Positions 1 to 10,416 of a stretch of DNA of 64,000 bases are shown one piece after another; the first letter of the stretch is position 1, and each line of letters starts with the position of its first letter. The stretch lies in sequence record OP599913.1. One strand, written 5' to 3'. The notes below the pieces were generated by a model, which searched no databases, was not told the origin of the DNA, and saw only the letters and a program-made list of their open reading frames with translations. The position numbers and the translations under genes were made by a program.

Positions 1-2
1 TA

Positions 3-362
3 ATGGCGTATCAGGAATATGGATCTACGTTCGTTCACGACGGTAAAGTCTACCACCTCAATGACTTCCTCCGTCGAAGTGAAACACTCCCCATTCAAAC
101 GGTTCCTTTAAAGGACTTTGAATGGCTCCTGGGATATGCCGTTGAAGAGGATAAGGACAGGATTAAGCGAGCGGACTATTCCTTTCCGTTGTTGATTACG
201 GAATGGGAAGGGGAGTGGGTGATCATTGATGGCTGGCACCGGTTCCTTAAAGCCCATTGGGACGAACAACCCACCTTGAACGTTAAGGTCATTCCAACGG
301 ACTGGTTTAAAGGTAAAGGAAGGTCCTTTAAAGTAAAGGGTTACCGTAATCGTGTTACATAA
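3..362 (+). CDS. Stand-alone ParB/Sulfiredoxin N-terminal-domain protein
   Basis: 119 aa with 'PLLIT...VIIDGWHRFLKA' (ParB-N IDGxHR motif); followed by a strong hairpin. Confidence 0.7.
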   Translation: MAYQEYGSTFVHDGKVYHLNDFLRRSETLPIQTVPLKDFEWLLGYAVEEDKDRIKRADYSFPLLITEWEGEWVIIDGWHRFLKAHWDEQPTLNVKVIPTDWFKGKGRSFKVKGYRNRVT

Positions 363-370
363 CGTGACAT

Positions 371-409
371 ACCCCTACCCCCTAGCTCTCAGGCTAGGGG
401 GTAGGGGGT
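371..409. terminator. Bidirectional terminator-like hairpin between convergent genes
   Basis: ACCCCTACCCCCTAGC / GCTAGGGGGTAGGGGGT inverted repeat, about 16 bp. Confidence 0.75.
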
Positions 410-427
410 CTATTATTCATTTTGTCT

Positions 428-1960
428 TTACATGGCGTCCCAATCTTTCACGACATCACCATTCTCATTAAAGCGTTGTTGCAAAGACCTTCTAAAGGCG
501 GGTTTACCATTAATGTCATGTACAAGCCCTAACACGGGATCAAGATCGTAAATAAAGAACCGCTTCTCAGGTGAACACCCTTCACCCCGTTGTTTACCAA
601 TGGAACAGGTAAAGTAATTCTTCATGGACGTCTTCGCCACATGAATGGTAATGACACCATCCACTTCGTTGGTAATCTTCGTAGACGTTTCTGTCATTGA
701 CTTACCAGAGACTTCCCGAGCGAAGTAGACCTCAGACTCATCATCCAGTTCTTTTAGTAGTTTCTTAGCTTCAGGACTCAACTGGTGAGGTGTTAAGAAA
801 CAAATACCACGCGCAATCATAAATGACCGGACGGTGCGGAACAGTAATTGAAGTTTATCGGACTTATTCTCACCAGGGAGTTTATCGAAATTCTGCAACG
901 CCAAGTAATCATACCCGTACAGGATGATCTCATGACCTTTGAGTTCCAATTGCCGTACCCGAGCGAACATCTTGTCCCGGTTGTCTTTATGGGCTTCAAT
1001 CTGGTTAATCACCAGGTACCACCCATTCTTCCGGAAGCAATCCGCAATAGCGGTTACAATGTCCATGCTTTCAGTCACCTGAAAGTCCCGGTCTTCTTTG
1101 TACTTGGTGGTTACTGCCAGCTTGTAGATCCGACGAATCACCAGTTCCATGGCATCCTCGGCTGATTCATACAGGATCGTTGGAATCTTAGCCTTATTCC
1201 GCAGCATGGGTTTGTTGTACATCCCCGCTGAGGCAATCAGGTGGGCCATACCGAAAGACTTACCTCGGTTCGTCATGGCTTCTAGGAGGTACATCTTACT
1301 TCGACGTAATCCTCCATCTGGTTCCAATCCTTGATTGAGACCTTGAATACCGGTTTTAATGATCCCTTCTGCACTGTTTTCCGTCTTCGCCATCTCGATG
1401 ATATCGAGCATACTTTCCGGTGTAGCCGTATTGACGGAACTCACCACTTCGGATTGACGTTCCCCATACGCGTTATTCACCCGCTCTTGGATCAAATCAA
1501 TCAGTTTAGCAAAGTCTTCGGGTTTGGTATCAACGAGGTCCTTGTACAGGACTTCTTTCATAGCCTTCTTGAACTGCTTTTCGAAGACCTCATCTTCCAT
1601 ACTGGAACGAATCTCTGTAATCTGTTTATAGACCAGACGACGAGACAGTTCCTCTGTTTCCAGGTCTTCCAACCCGACATTCACCGCATCCCTGAGACTG
1701 TCATCATTCTTACAGAAGATCGCTACCCGCTGCATCAGCAACGATTTTATAAGTGGATCGTCATTGGACTGGTCCAACAGCCAGCTGATTGAAGACCGGA
1801 TACTGTCCCTGACACGTCGGTCTTGCGACATCACATCGGGATTTGGGGCTGGGAGTTCTTCCAGTAAGTCTGTCAGTTCTTCGATCAGGTTCGTGTCTTT
1901 TAGTTTTTTGGCCTGATATATTGCTGATAACAGTTTTACTAACACCAGCAAATCGTTCAT
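428..1960 (-). CDS. dnaB: DnaB-like replicative helicase (phiKZ gp118-like)
   Basis: Walker A 'EAMTNRGKS', 'ILYESAE', 'YGYDYL', 'LTPHQL', 'GKQR'; start moved to ATG 1960 (AGGGG upstream); conserved position next to capsid gene. Confidence 0.85.
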   Translation of the reverse strand: MNDLLVLVKLLSAIYQAKKLKDTNLIEELTDLLEELPAPNPDVMSQDRRVRDSIRSSISWLLDQSNDDPLIKSLLMQRVAIFCKNDDSLRDAVNVGLEDLETEELSRRLVYKQITEIRSSMEDEVFEKQFKKAMKEVLYKDLVDTKPEDFAKLIDLIQERVNNAYGERQSEVVSSVNTATPESMLDIIEMAKTENSAEGIIKTGIQGLNQGLEPDGGLRRSKMYLLEAMTNRGKSFGMAHLIASAGMYNKPMLRNKAKIPTILYESAEDAMELVIRRIYKLAVTTKYKEDRDFQVTESMDIVTAIADCFRKNGWYLVINQIEAHKDNRDKMFARVRQLELKGHEIILYGYDYLALQNFDKLPGENKSDKLQLLFRTVRSFMIARGICFLTPHQLSPEAKKLLKELDDESEVYFAREVSGKSMTETSTKITNEVDGVITIHVAKTSMKNYFTCSIGKQRGEGCSPEKRFFIYDLDPVLGLVHDINGKPAFRRSLQQRFNENGDVVKDWDAM

Positions 1961-1985
1961 GCTAACCCCTGAGAGTGTAAAGTAG

Positions 1986-2531
1986 ATGATTTTTAAATAC
2001 CCTAACGGTTTACCGTTCGAGTTGTATGTGGTAACCGGGGAGTTGGTTGACACCCTGGTGGCTCAATCCATCCCGCTCAGTGGATTGAAAGAAATTTCTG
2101 CATACCATGACAAGATCACCTTTGGTGAAATGGCTAACTTTGTAGCTTTGCAGTATGCGGCGGCCAAAGTCTTTGGTGTAGAAATGCCTGACCCTACGGC
2201 GTACTTTGGTCATGGGTATAATGCGGGGATGGTAGCCGAAGCATTTAATGGGGTGGACAGTGATGCAATAGCCACCCTCCTTCGTACCGCCAATCATTTC
2301 CGATCGACGGTTAATGGTCAAGTGATTCTCATTGGAGTCGAGGTAGGGGACCATAAAGCCACCGCTAGCTGGGAGAAACTTCAAGCCAAAACAATCTCAA
2401 CCGCCGTATTGGAAACACTTTATGCAAGGGTCGGTTATTTGGAAAGTCATTTCGGTCCCGTACCGAAAGCAGGTTTAGGGGAATTGACTCTGGCTGAAGT
2501 GTTCAAGCTGATCCACCTTCAAAACCCCTGA
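1986..2531 (+). CDS. Conserved hypothetical protein between helicase and capsid genes
   Basis: 181-aa ORF, divergent from dnaB, fills the gap. Confidence 0.7.
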   Translation: MIFKYPNGLPFELYVVTGELVDTLVAQSIPLSGLKEISAYHDKITFGEMANFVALQYAAAKVFGVEMPDPTAYFGHGYNAGMVAEAFNGVDSDAIATLLRTANHFRSTVNGQVILIGVEVGDHKATASWEKLQAKTISTAVLETLYARVGYLESHFGPVPKAGLGELTLAEVFKLIHLQNP

Positions 2532-2551
2532 TTAAAAGGCTGCATGCATTT

Positions 2552-2555
2552 TATG
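2552..2555 (+). promoter_or_regulatory. Candidate late promoter (TATG) upstream of capsid gene
   Basis: TATG in AT-rich context about 60 nt before the MCP start; phiKZ nvRNAP late promoters use TATG; a 4-mer is weak evidence. Confidence 0.3.
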
Positions 2556-2613
2556 TGCAGTTCTATTGCGCAACAAACATGTTTGTTACTCATCTCGAAC
2601 AGGATTTACATCC

Positions 2614-4839
2614 ATGGCAAAGCAACTACGAACCTCCATTAATGGAGACAACAACCTTTTCAGTGATGTCTGCAAGTCCCTGGTAACCGGTAGTCTGTCC
2701 AACATCACCGGTAACGAGAGCTTCGCAGACTTCCGTAGCACTCTTCAGAGTGCGGGCGGTCAGGAAGGTTTTCTGGTCAACCGTCTGATTGGTCGTTCGC
2801 TCCCGAACGTCAGTGGTAACGAGAGCGCTGACCTGCACACGGGCTTCAACTCGGCTACTTACGACATCGTCCAAGGTATCCTGGAACGCAAGAGCCGTGA
2901 CCTGATCCCCATGGACTGCGTTCGTATCTTCCAAGAAGCCGGTGATAACTTCGCCAAGGTGGAAGGTGCTGAAGGCTTCTCGATGCAGAACTTCGAGGGT
3001 CGTGAGCAAGAGATCCGTGCCGCCAACCTGACCCTGAACGCCCAGAGCCACCTTCAAACCGAAGGCGCTGAAGCCCTGTTCGCCACCGTCGGTGTGCGTT
3101 ATCAAGACGAAGGCGCTGAGCTGATCGTTCGTGCAGCAGGTCTGGGTACCTACGCGTACGGCAACACCCCGTGGCAATCGGCTTCTGAACTGCGTCCGAT
3201 CTTCGGCCTGCTCCGCAGTGGCGATATGTTCAAAGACGAAGCCCTGGCCGTCTACCCGGTATACCCGGACGATAACGCGAGCGAAGACCGTGCCTTCTTC
3301 GTGGCCAGCAGTGTCATCGCCCCGCGTCCTGTGAAATACCCGCAAGGTGACGCCTACGGTCGTGGTGAGCACGAAACCCAAATGCTGGCGGTTCCGGTAT
3401 CGATTCCGAACCTGCTCGCCCTGACCCAAGCGCCGGGCCAACGTCCGTGGAATTCCACCGACGAACTCGAATCCAACTCCATCTCCGTGTCTCTCATCGC
3501 CGCGAGCGGTAAGTTGGACGGCACCGATATTTCGTTCTTCATCAAAACCGGTGCCATGTCGAACAACACCTTCGCCCCGACCAGCAACGGTCAGTCCAGC
3601 GATGAGCGTCAACTGAACCTGCAAGTCAAACAACTGCCGGGCTTCTCGGTGAGCGACAAAGACGGCAAAGTGGTGGGTGAAACCATTTTCGCCAGCTTCA
3701 AGTCCGCAGGTTACGAACCGCTGCTGGCCTTCCGCCTGACTGGTAGCTACCAACGCCAGACCAACGAGTTCAACCTGCAACCGGGCACTGTGACCATCAC
3801 CGCTGTTCGCAACATCACCACCGGTGTGGTCACCAAGATCGGTTTCGCTGACAGCACGGTTAAGGCTCTGATGCGCTCCTTCACCGAAGGTAAACTGATC
3901 GGCGCTATTACCACCCAGAATGTATCGAATACCAACCGCGGTAACTTCGGTTATCGGATTGAAGTGTACGATGCCAAGAAACACCTGTCGGTGAAACGTC
4001 GTTCTCCGATCTCGGTGAAATACCCGATCTCGGCTGATGACGTCAACCAGGCGAGCCTGGACTTTGCACTGAGCCAGATGTCGGTGGTGATTAACAACCA
4101 ATGCTCCGCTCACGCCTTCCAAGCGGCTGAGAAGCACATCGAGTATGTCACCTCGATTACCGGTCAACCGGTGGTGGCCAACGACCAAGGTTCGGAAGTG
4201 CTCGCGGGTCAGCACTTTGTAAGTCCGATCGCCATCAACCGTAGCTTCAAGCTGGCTGATGTGATCTCGGCTAACAGTTCTTCGGATGTGTTCGTGTCGG
4301 TGGCATCGGCCATTACCAACGAGATCGCTGATATCGTTGCGGCCCTGAACACCAAGTCCGGCTTGGCATCCATTGCGGAATACAGCACTGGTAATACCAA
4401 GAACGCCTGGACGGTGGTCGTCCATCAGAACTTGAGCCGTTTCATCTTCCGTTCGGGTGATGCACGGACCATTGGTCCGATCAACAACCTGAAAGTGGTT
4501 GAAACCAACTTCGACAGCATGATCGGTAAGATGTACATCGTTCCGACCAACGATTCCAACAACGAAACCATTAACCCGCTGGCGGGTATTGGTGTTCTGG
4601 TATCGAAGGAGAACGTCGTCGTACAGGGTAACATCACGCGTGACAACAGCGACTTCGGTGTCGTGATGACCCTGCCGAGCTACAAACACTGGCCGCTCAA
4701 CGTGGTCATTGGTTCTCTGGTCATCGAAGATGCTGAAGACCTGCTGAGCGACAAAGGTCTCATCAACCAACTGGCCGTCAAACGTGTCAAGGTTGAGAAC
4801 ATCAAGGATGCGAAACCCGACCCAAACGCCGGTCCGTGA
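2614..4839 (+). CDS. Major capsid protein precursor (phiKZ gp120 family)
   Basis: 741 aa from ATG 2614 (AGGA upstream); very strong high-expression codon bias; synteny dnaB-MCP-x-RNAP beta; N-terminal G-x-E processing motifs. Confidence 0.88.
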   Translation: MAKQLRTSINGDNNLFSDVCKSLVTGSLSNITGNESFADFRSTLQSAGGQEGFLVNRLIGRSLPNVSGNESADLHTGFNSATYDIVQGILERKSRDLIPMDCVRIFQEAGDNFAKVEGAEGFSMQNFEGREQEIRAANLTLNAQSHLQTEGAEALFATVGVRYQDEGAELIVRAAGLGTYAYGNTPWQSASELRPIFGLLRSGDMFKDEALAVYPVYPDDNASEDRAFFVASSVIAPRPVKYPQGDAYGRGEHETQMLAVPVSIPNLLALTQAPGQRPWNSTDELESNSISVSLIAASGKLDGTDISFFIKTGAMSNNTFAPTSNGQSSDERQLNLQVKQLPGFSVSDKDGKVVGETIFASFKSAGYEPLLAFRLTGSYQRQTNEFNLQPGTVTITAVRNITTGVVTKIGFADSTVKALMRSFTEGKLIGAITTQNVSNTNRGNFGYRIEVYDAKKHLSVKRRSPISVKYPISADDVNQASLDFALSQMSVVINNQCSAHAFQAAEKHIEYVTSITGQPVVANDQGSEVLAGQHFVSPIAINRSFKLADVISANSSSDVFVSVASAITNEIADIVAALNTKSGLASIAEYSTGNTKNAWTVVVHQNLSRFIFRSGDARTIGPINNLKVVETNFDSMIGKMYIVPTNDSNNETINPLAGIGVLVSKENVVVQGNITRDNSDFGVVMTLPSYKHWPLNVVIGSLVIEDAEDLLSDKGLINQLAVKRVKVENIKDAKPDPNAGP

Positions 4840-4913
4840 GTCCTGCGAATTACGGGCGGCTTGAGTATTCCGAGTTGCCCTAGTAGGTACCTCACGGAAA
4901 TTGCGTGTACCAT

Positions 4914-4953
4914 TAGCCCTACCCACTCCCCTAACCGGGAGTGGGTAGGGTTA
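4914..4953 (+). terminator. Terminator after capsid gene
   Basis: TAGCCCTACCCACTCCC / GGGAGTGGGTAGGGTTA 17-bp stem. Confidence 0.8.
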
Positions 4954-4982
4954 TATTTGCAGTTATACCGTTTATTGGAATA

Positions 4983-5000
4983 TTTTAAACCTACATTATC
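4983..5000 (+). promoter_or_regulatory. Phage early-type promoter motif TTTTAAACCTACATTATC
   Basis: Recurs at 17618, 46467, 53691, 56907 and 63093, always intergenic, same strand, upstream of an operon start. Confidence 0.75.
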
Positions 5001-5071
5001 CTTGGGTACAAGACAATAGGTTATCTGACCGCGCACCAGATGATCTTGACACTAACTTGAGGATCCTCACC

Positions 5072-6208
5072 ATGAATGACGTTTCACCCTACCGGCATTT
5101 CCGGCTGACTTATGATATCACTAATATGAGCAGCAAACAGATTATTGTCAAGGCGAAAGGAGGATTGAGTTACCTTATTCGCAAACCGCTAGAGGCTTCG
5201 TGGTATCCCGGGGCGATGATTGACATCAAATTCGATCGTCTGTATGTCGGTGATTTCAGTTTTGATAAGTCAGCAGCGCGGAGTAAATTCGATCGTCTGT
5301 TGATTGATAAGATCCAAGCTCACCTGAGCTTTGTGTCGAGCAAAGAGTCGCACGTGGACATTCGGCAGTATCATGACTTCGGTGTCACGATCAAACTGAA
5401 CAGGGATGTGGTTGAAGACCTGGAAGGCGAACCGATCCACAGTGATATCCTCGGTATCACGTTGTATAACCGGGAAGAGAATAGCAGCGATCTCTATCCC
5501 CTGAATACACCAGACTACACCCTCAATGACCTGATGAAGTGGGGAATCAGTGAGAGTGATGAGCCGGGGGGTCTTCATTACTACGTGTATCTGAACGATC
5601 CCCTGAGTGTTCAAAACCCATTGTACACAAATGTCATGGGTAAAGCGGTAATGGTCCCTACGGTCAGGGAGATGAATAAAGATCATGGGTTGTATGTGGG
5701 ATTGGTCTGCGGTAATTCACTACCGAAGAAGCTATTCTACACCTTTGACCATCTCTGCGATGAAACCCTGGGTTTCCTGGGTATCTTTAAGACCAAAGCA
5801 GAATGCGAAATGGGAGGGAACACGGAACGGGCAATGACTGCTGAGAAGAAAGTGGTTGAACTGAATAAACAACTGAGTTCAGCCAACAACGAGATTTCCA
5901 AACTGAAGGACCTGGTGGACGAGAATGTCCGTAAGAGTGTTGAGTTGGGCATCGAGCTGACCCACCTCAAAAGTGCTCATCGGTTGGAACTCATGCAAGC
6001 GAGAAATGAACGTCAACTAGAGGTGAATCGGCTGCAAATCAACAATGATGCGACCAAAGTACGGAGTGAAATGGATAAGACCTTGAGTAAGGCGAATATC
6101 GAGTTCACCCGCCAGCGAGCCAGCGCTAACAACTGGGGAGAAGTGGCTAAGGCGATCGGGGCGATTGCAACCGTGTTTGCTGCGGGGTATAAACTATGTA
6201 CTTCCTGA
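5072..6208 (+). CDS. Conserved hypothetical protein with C-terminal coiled coil (phiKZ gp122-like by synteny)
   Basis: ATG 5072 with GAGGA; heptad-rich C-terminal third. Confidence 0.75.
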   Translation: MNDVSPYRHFRLTYDITNMSSKQIIVKAKGGLSYLIRKPLEASWYPGAMIDIKFDRLYVGDFSFDKSAARSKFDRLLIDKIQAHLSFVSSKESHVDIRQYHDFGVTIKLNRDVVEDLEGEPIHSDILGITLYNREENSSDLYPLNTPDYTLNDLMKWGISESDEPGGLHYYVYLNDPLSVQNPLYTNVMGKAVMVPTVREMNKDHGLYVGLVCGNSLPKKLFYTFDHLCDETLGFLGIFKTKAECEMGGNTERAMTAEKKVVELNKQLSSANNEISKLKDLVDENVRKSVELGIELTHLKSAHRLELMQARNERQLEVNRLQINNDATKVRSEMDKTLSKANIEFTRQRASANNWGEVAKAIGAIATVFAAGYKLCTS

Positions 6209-6220
6209 TAAGGTGGTAGG

Positions 6221-7933
6221 ATGGACCGGCAACTCATTAAACACATTGAAAATTCCATGCCGAAGTTCAATAAGTTACTGGTGGATGGATTTCATCAGAA
6301 GGAGTTTAGTAATGCGTTAGGAGTGTTCGATCATTCCATGAGGGCCATTCTGAAAAGTGTTGAGAAACGGGGTGTCTTTTACAAGAAAACCGTACGAGCT
6401 TCACCCCGGGAGTTCATTGACTACTTGATCAACAGCAGTCGTAAAGTCTTCGATGTCCATAAGGAAAGCCTGTATCCGGTTAAGATCTGGATCCAGTATA
6501 AGGACCGAGGGGGTAAGTTAACGGACTTTTACACCTACACGATGCTCCCGTATACGGATAAGTACGGGGATTTGTGGTTGAGGGGATCGTTGTATAACCC
6601 TCAGATCGTACTCGCTGAACAGGGTCTACCCGTAACGAAAGAGAACGCCTTGTTCGTGAAAGTGCTGGGTTTCAAGTTTAAGATTGGAATCGAGCATTTC
6701 AATTTCTGTCAAGTCTTTACCGACACAGGGATTGAGACCCATCGTCACACGGATATCAACCTGGCGGCCAACCGGTTCTACAGTCCAACCGAATCCCGGA
6801 AGATCAAGGACAGTAAGACCCCTGTTCCGTTGTTGGCGTGGTATATCTTTGCGGACATGGGTTTCAGTACGGCCATGGAGGAATATGCGGAGTGTGACTT
6901 CCGTATAGGCTCTCTGGATGCGCTGCTTAACGAATGCAAGGCAGAAGACCGGTGGGAAGTCTTTACCGGTCCTAAGCGTGCTTCGGATAATAAACCTTCG
7001 TTAGGTGATTATGTCAGTTTGGACATCGGTATTGCGGTACGGAACAAGTCTAGCAGTCGTAAGGAACTGAGTGCAGTCGGGTTACAGTACAGCTGTGCTT
7101 TATTGTTCATTGCGAACTGTTGTTCGTCGTACTTTGATATTGAACGGTTGGATGATCCGGACTATTGGAAGCTGATCATAGGGCGGTGTTCCGTTAAGGC
7201 GGGTGACAGTGACGAGTACATCATGCGTTTGATGTATGAGCACTTCGATTCCATTCGGGAGTACCTGGATGAAGATTCGATTAAGAAGTTCGCTGCTAAA
7301 TCGATCGTAGTGACCAATATGTTTGATCTGTTCAACTACATCATTGCGAACCGCAGTGAGATTGTCCAGACCACCGACCGTGCGTCAGCGTTCAATAAAG
7401 ACTTGGCCAGTTTGGAATTCACGCTGGACAGTCTGCTGACGTCTGCCAATAACTTCAAGCACGATATCAAGAACAACTCGGAAATCAACCAGAAAAAGGT
7501 GGCGAGGTTCTTGACTCACAATTTCCCTATTAAGGAGATCGACAATGCACAATACGCCAACCTTATCCTGGAACCCACCCCTACGGATAATCCGTTCGTA
7601 GACTACGGGTTGGGCTGCATGCCCCAACACAAGGTCTATACCGGTGGTGGTAAGCGTAAACGGGGTGACTTCGACACGTCAGATAGTTCAACCTTCACCC
7701 ACGCGTCGCTTCCCTTTGTTCATAGTTTTTTACGGGTTACGAATCCTAATCCTGATGCACGGGGATTCCTTAATCCAAGCATTTATCTGATCAATAATCG
7801 TACAACGGGCTTAGACCCTCAATTTAAAGAACTCTACGAACGAACAGATAAACGCCTCAAGAAAAGAGAACCATGGCCATGGCAAACATCCTCCGTCCAT
7901 CCGGACAAGTCAACCGAGGAACCGTCTCAATAG
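6221..7933 (+). CDS. Non-virion RNA polymerase beta subunit, N-terminal part (phiKZ gp123-like)
   Basis: 570 aa; C-terminal 'THASLPFVHSF...NPDARGFLN' aligns with recalled gp123 'IHASIAEVGQY...NPDGRGRLN'; conserved synteny. Confidence 0.85.
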   Translation: MDRQLIKHIENSMPKFNKLLVDGFHQKEFSNALGVFDHSMRAILKSVEKRGVFYKKTVRASPREFIDYLINSSRKVFDVHKESLYPVKIWIQYKDRGGKLTDFYTYTMLPYTDKYGDLWLRGSLYNPQIVLAEQGLPVTKENALFVKVLGFKFKIGIEHFNFCQVFTDTGIETHRHTDINLAANRFYSPTESRKIKDSKTPVPLLAWYIFADMGFSTAMEEYAECDFRIGSLDALLNECKAEDRWEVFTGPKRASDNKPSLGDYVSLDIGIAVRNKSSSRKELSAVGLQYSCALLFIANCCSSYFDIERLDDPDYWKLIIGRCSVKAGDSDEYIMRLMYEHFDSIREYLDEDSIKKFAAKSIVVTNMFDLFNYIIANRSEIVQTTDRASAFNKDLASLEFTLDSLLTSANNFKHDIKNNSEINQKKVARFLTHNFPIKEIDNAQYANLILEPTPTDNPFVDYGLGCMPQHKVYTGGGKRKRGDFDTSDSSTFTHASLPFVHSFLRVTNPNPDARGFLNPSIYLINNRTTGLDPQFKELYERTDKRLKKREPWPWQTSSVHPDKSTEEPSQ

Positions 7934-10218
7934 ATCCTAATGCACCCATCCCCGGGGCTTCTGGTACGGCGATGGGCCTTGGCGCCCGTCAAGGTATGTA
8001 CAACCAGATGTCACCGTCCATGCAACTCCGTGGTGTCCTCGAACACGGCCTGCAAGGGAATAGTCAGGGTGGGGGCGGGGGTTCCATCCATTGGGAACGC
8101 TACGGTAACTCCCTCTATGAAGACGCTGCGCTCCGGGAGATCCGGGAGAATGCGAATTCTGAAATAGATAGTAACCAACTCTTCTTGGAGAAGTTTTCCC
8201 GTGCTGGGGTGGAATTGATTCAACAGCTAGGAAGACGGCAAGGGGCGTTCTATAACGAATACCGGGAGACCTTAGAAAACTTTCGTTTTGTTCCCAAAAC
8301 CCCGGTTAAATGTCCCATTCGGGATGAATTCGTTAACAACCTGAACAAGTACCCTGAAACCCTCCGCTTTATCTCAACGGCCTCTGTGCCGATGTTTGTC
8401 CAGCGACTGATTGTCCTGGGTAAACAAGGGTCTTCGGAGTTGACGACGTCGGACTATATGGGATCCGCAGTCTTTGCCTATCGGTCGGTTTTAACCATGG
8501 AGATGATCTCCTGGTTGTGCAAGAGTCCGGCAGGCCGACAGTTCACGTATAGGTTGACCCCTGAAATCCAGAAAATGATCGCTAACCTGGAGCATTTCAA
8601 GGATACGTTTAGCCTCGCCTGTAACACGTTAGGTTGTACGAATCCTTATGCGTCCCTGGTGTACGAGGTGAAGACGCCAACCACGACGGAGAGCCATCTG
8701 ATCCACGAAGCACAAACCGCCTTCCTTCATTCTAACTTTGGTGCGAACAACGGCGTGGAATCCCAGAACGATCCAACCACTGAAGACATCTTTGAAATGG
8801 TGAGGAAACGGGCTGAGCTGGCCAGACGGGACAACCAAGGGTATACTCGCCCTGAAGATCCTCGGTTCCAACCCCCAGAAGTCCAACGCTGGAATAAGGT
8901 CCGGAATGATCTTGAAAACCTGACCGTTAAGAACAAGGATGAGTTTGATCTCACCAGTTATTTCCATTACATCGGTAAACCCAAGCATTATCTGATTCCG
9001 GAAACCGATTGGAAGCGGATAAAGAAGGTTTATAAACGCCACCCTGAACAGTCTCCTCAAGAAGAGAGTATCCTCCCGGGTTGTTTCCGCATTGTGATTA
9101 TTGACCTGGAAAAGGATAACGGCTGGTTCAGCACTGTTGTAAGGAGTCGTACACTCGATATGGTCACTGCTCTGTCTAGCCCTGAAAAGCTGTTGCCGTT
9201 GCTGGAAGCGACGGAAGACGGTAATGACGTGGTGGTCCTGCCGGTGGAGAAGGTGGTAGAGGATACCAAGTCCCTGGAGATCACGCTGGAGACCTGTGAA
9301 GAATTGGAAGGGATCCCAGTGGTTACGGTGTCTGAAGGCATTGTCAGCGCGACGTCTAAGAAGCTGATGGCGGCTGTGGTGACGACCAACACCGCCCTGA
9401 GTAAGAACATGCCAGGGACCAACGCCACGTCGTTCTCCGCTACGATCTGGGACACCTTCACCTGTTCCGACGCTCGGGATAAAATCCGACTCAAGAACGA
9501 TCTCCCGTTCCTGTTTAAAGACTTTAAGGAGGACGATCACCCCCTTTCCTATTACCACCGGATGAAAGCGGTTAAGGAGTACCTGGAGGAAGGTATTCTG
9601 AATGAGGAGCTGAGTGAGTTCATTCGGACTCGTCTGACCGCAACGGTGAATGCGTGGTTTGTCAGTTCCCTGGGGTATGAACGTCTGCCCAGCTCACGGA
9701 ACCATCTGTCGGTAACCGACATCGTCGAGGACTTCGACGAGCTGGATAAGATCCTGGAAGAAGATCATCCTGAAGGGTACCGACGGTTCAATGAACCGGG
9801 AGGGCCGGATAACTACCTGACGGAACAAATGAAACTGTTCGTTCCCGATGGGAAATACGATGGTGTGGAAAGTGAAGAGGGTGGGCTAATCCAAGAAGCT
9901 CAGAAGAAGTTGGAACTACCGTTGGAACGCCGCTTCCACATCACGGTGATCAATAAGCGCAATGGGCCGTTGCCGGATCCATCGGGAGAACCCTTGATCA
10001 TTAAGCGCAGTCGATTCCCGGAGTACTTCGATCTCATAGAGGAAGGATTCAAGGGAACGATGAAAGAGACGGATAACCTGGACGTTATTGATAAACTGAT
10101 TCAATTCTCCGGAGGTGATCAACTCTGGTTATTCAGTTACTCAGCCGTCGATAAGAATGTCGCCACTCTTCGGGTGGTCAGTCGAAGAAGTCCCTTGGTC
10201 CTGTTGGATCTCTTCTGA
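7873..10218 (+). CDS. Large conserved hypothetical protein
   Basis: 781-aa ORF overlapping the RNAP gene end; no recognisable catalytic motif. Confidence 0.8.
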   Translation: MAMANILRPSGQVNRGTVSIDPNAPIPGASGTAMGLGARQGMYNQMSPSMQLRGVLEHGLQGNSQGGGGGSIHWERYGNSLYEDAALREIRENANSEIDSNQLFLEKFSRAGVELIQQLGRRQGAFYNEYRETLENFRFVPKTPVKCPIRDEFVNNLNKYPETLRFISTASVPMFVQRLIVLGKQGSSELTTSDYMGSAVFAYRSVLTMEMISWLCKSPAGRQFTYRLTPEIQKMIANLEHFKDTFSLACNTLGCTNPYASLVYEVKTPTTTESHLIHEAQTAFLHSNFGANNGVESQNDPTTEDIFEMVRKRAELARRDNQGYTRPEDPRFQPPEVQRWNKVRNDLENLTVKNKDEFDLTSYFHYIGKPKHYLIPETDWKRIKKVYKRHPEQSPQEESILPGCFRIVIIDLEKDNGWFSTVVRSRTLDMVTALSSPEKLLPLLEATEDGNDVVVLPVEKVVEDTKSLEITLETCEELEGIPVVTVSEGIVSATSKKLMAAVVTTNTALSKNMPGTNATSFSATIWDTFTCSDARDKIRLKNDLPFLFKDFKEDDHPLSYYHRMKAVKEYLEEGILNEELSEFIRTRLTATVNAWFVSSLGYERLPSSRNHLSVTDIVEDFDELDKILEEDHPEGYRRFNEPGGPDNYLTEQMKLFVPDGKYDGVESEEGGLIQEAQKKLELPLERRFHITVINKRNGPLPDPSGEPLIIKRSRFPEYFDLIEEGFKGTMKETDNLDVIDKLIQFSGGDQLWLFSYSAVDKNVATLRVVSRRSPLVLLDLF

Positions 10219-10254
10219 ATACTTGATTTAATCGCGATTGAATTAAAACTATTA

Positions 10255-10286
10255 ACCTACCCTAGTGGATCTCCACTAGGGTAGGT
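10255..10286 (+). terminator. Terminator-like hairpin
   Basis: ACCTACCCTAGTGGA / TCCACTAGGGTAGGT perfect inverted repeat, T-rich downstream. Confidence 0.75.
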
Positions 10287-10416
10287 ATTCCTTATTGGTT
10301 TATTTATTTAACTTACAGTTATTTTCAGATCTAAATAATCAGGGTGAATAGCAACAATCCTATTAGTTGTTAACTGTTTTACTCCCCATTTCCTACACAC
10401 GAACGAGGACTCACCC

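Noticed and set aside
2626-4926. 766-aa antisense ORF spanning the capsid gene
   Set aside because: Shadow of the strongly biased MCP codons (few TTA/CTA/TCA in register); no RBS or motif; exact codon-register overlap
428-7933. Inteins or introns in helicase and RNAP genes (common in jumbo phages)
   Set aside because: Lengths match intein-free homologues; no C...HN splice motifs or LAGLIDADG/HNH inserts seen
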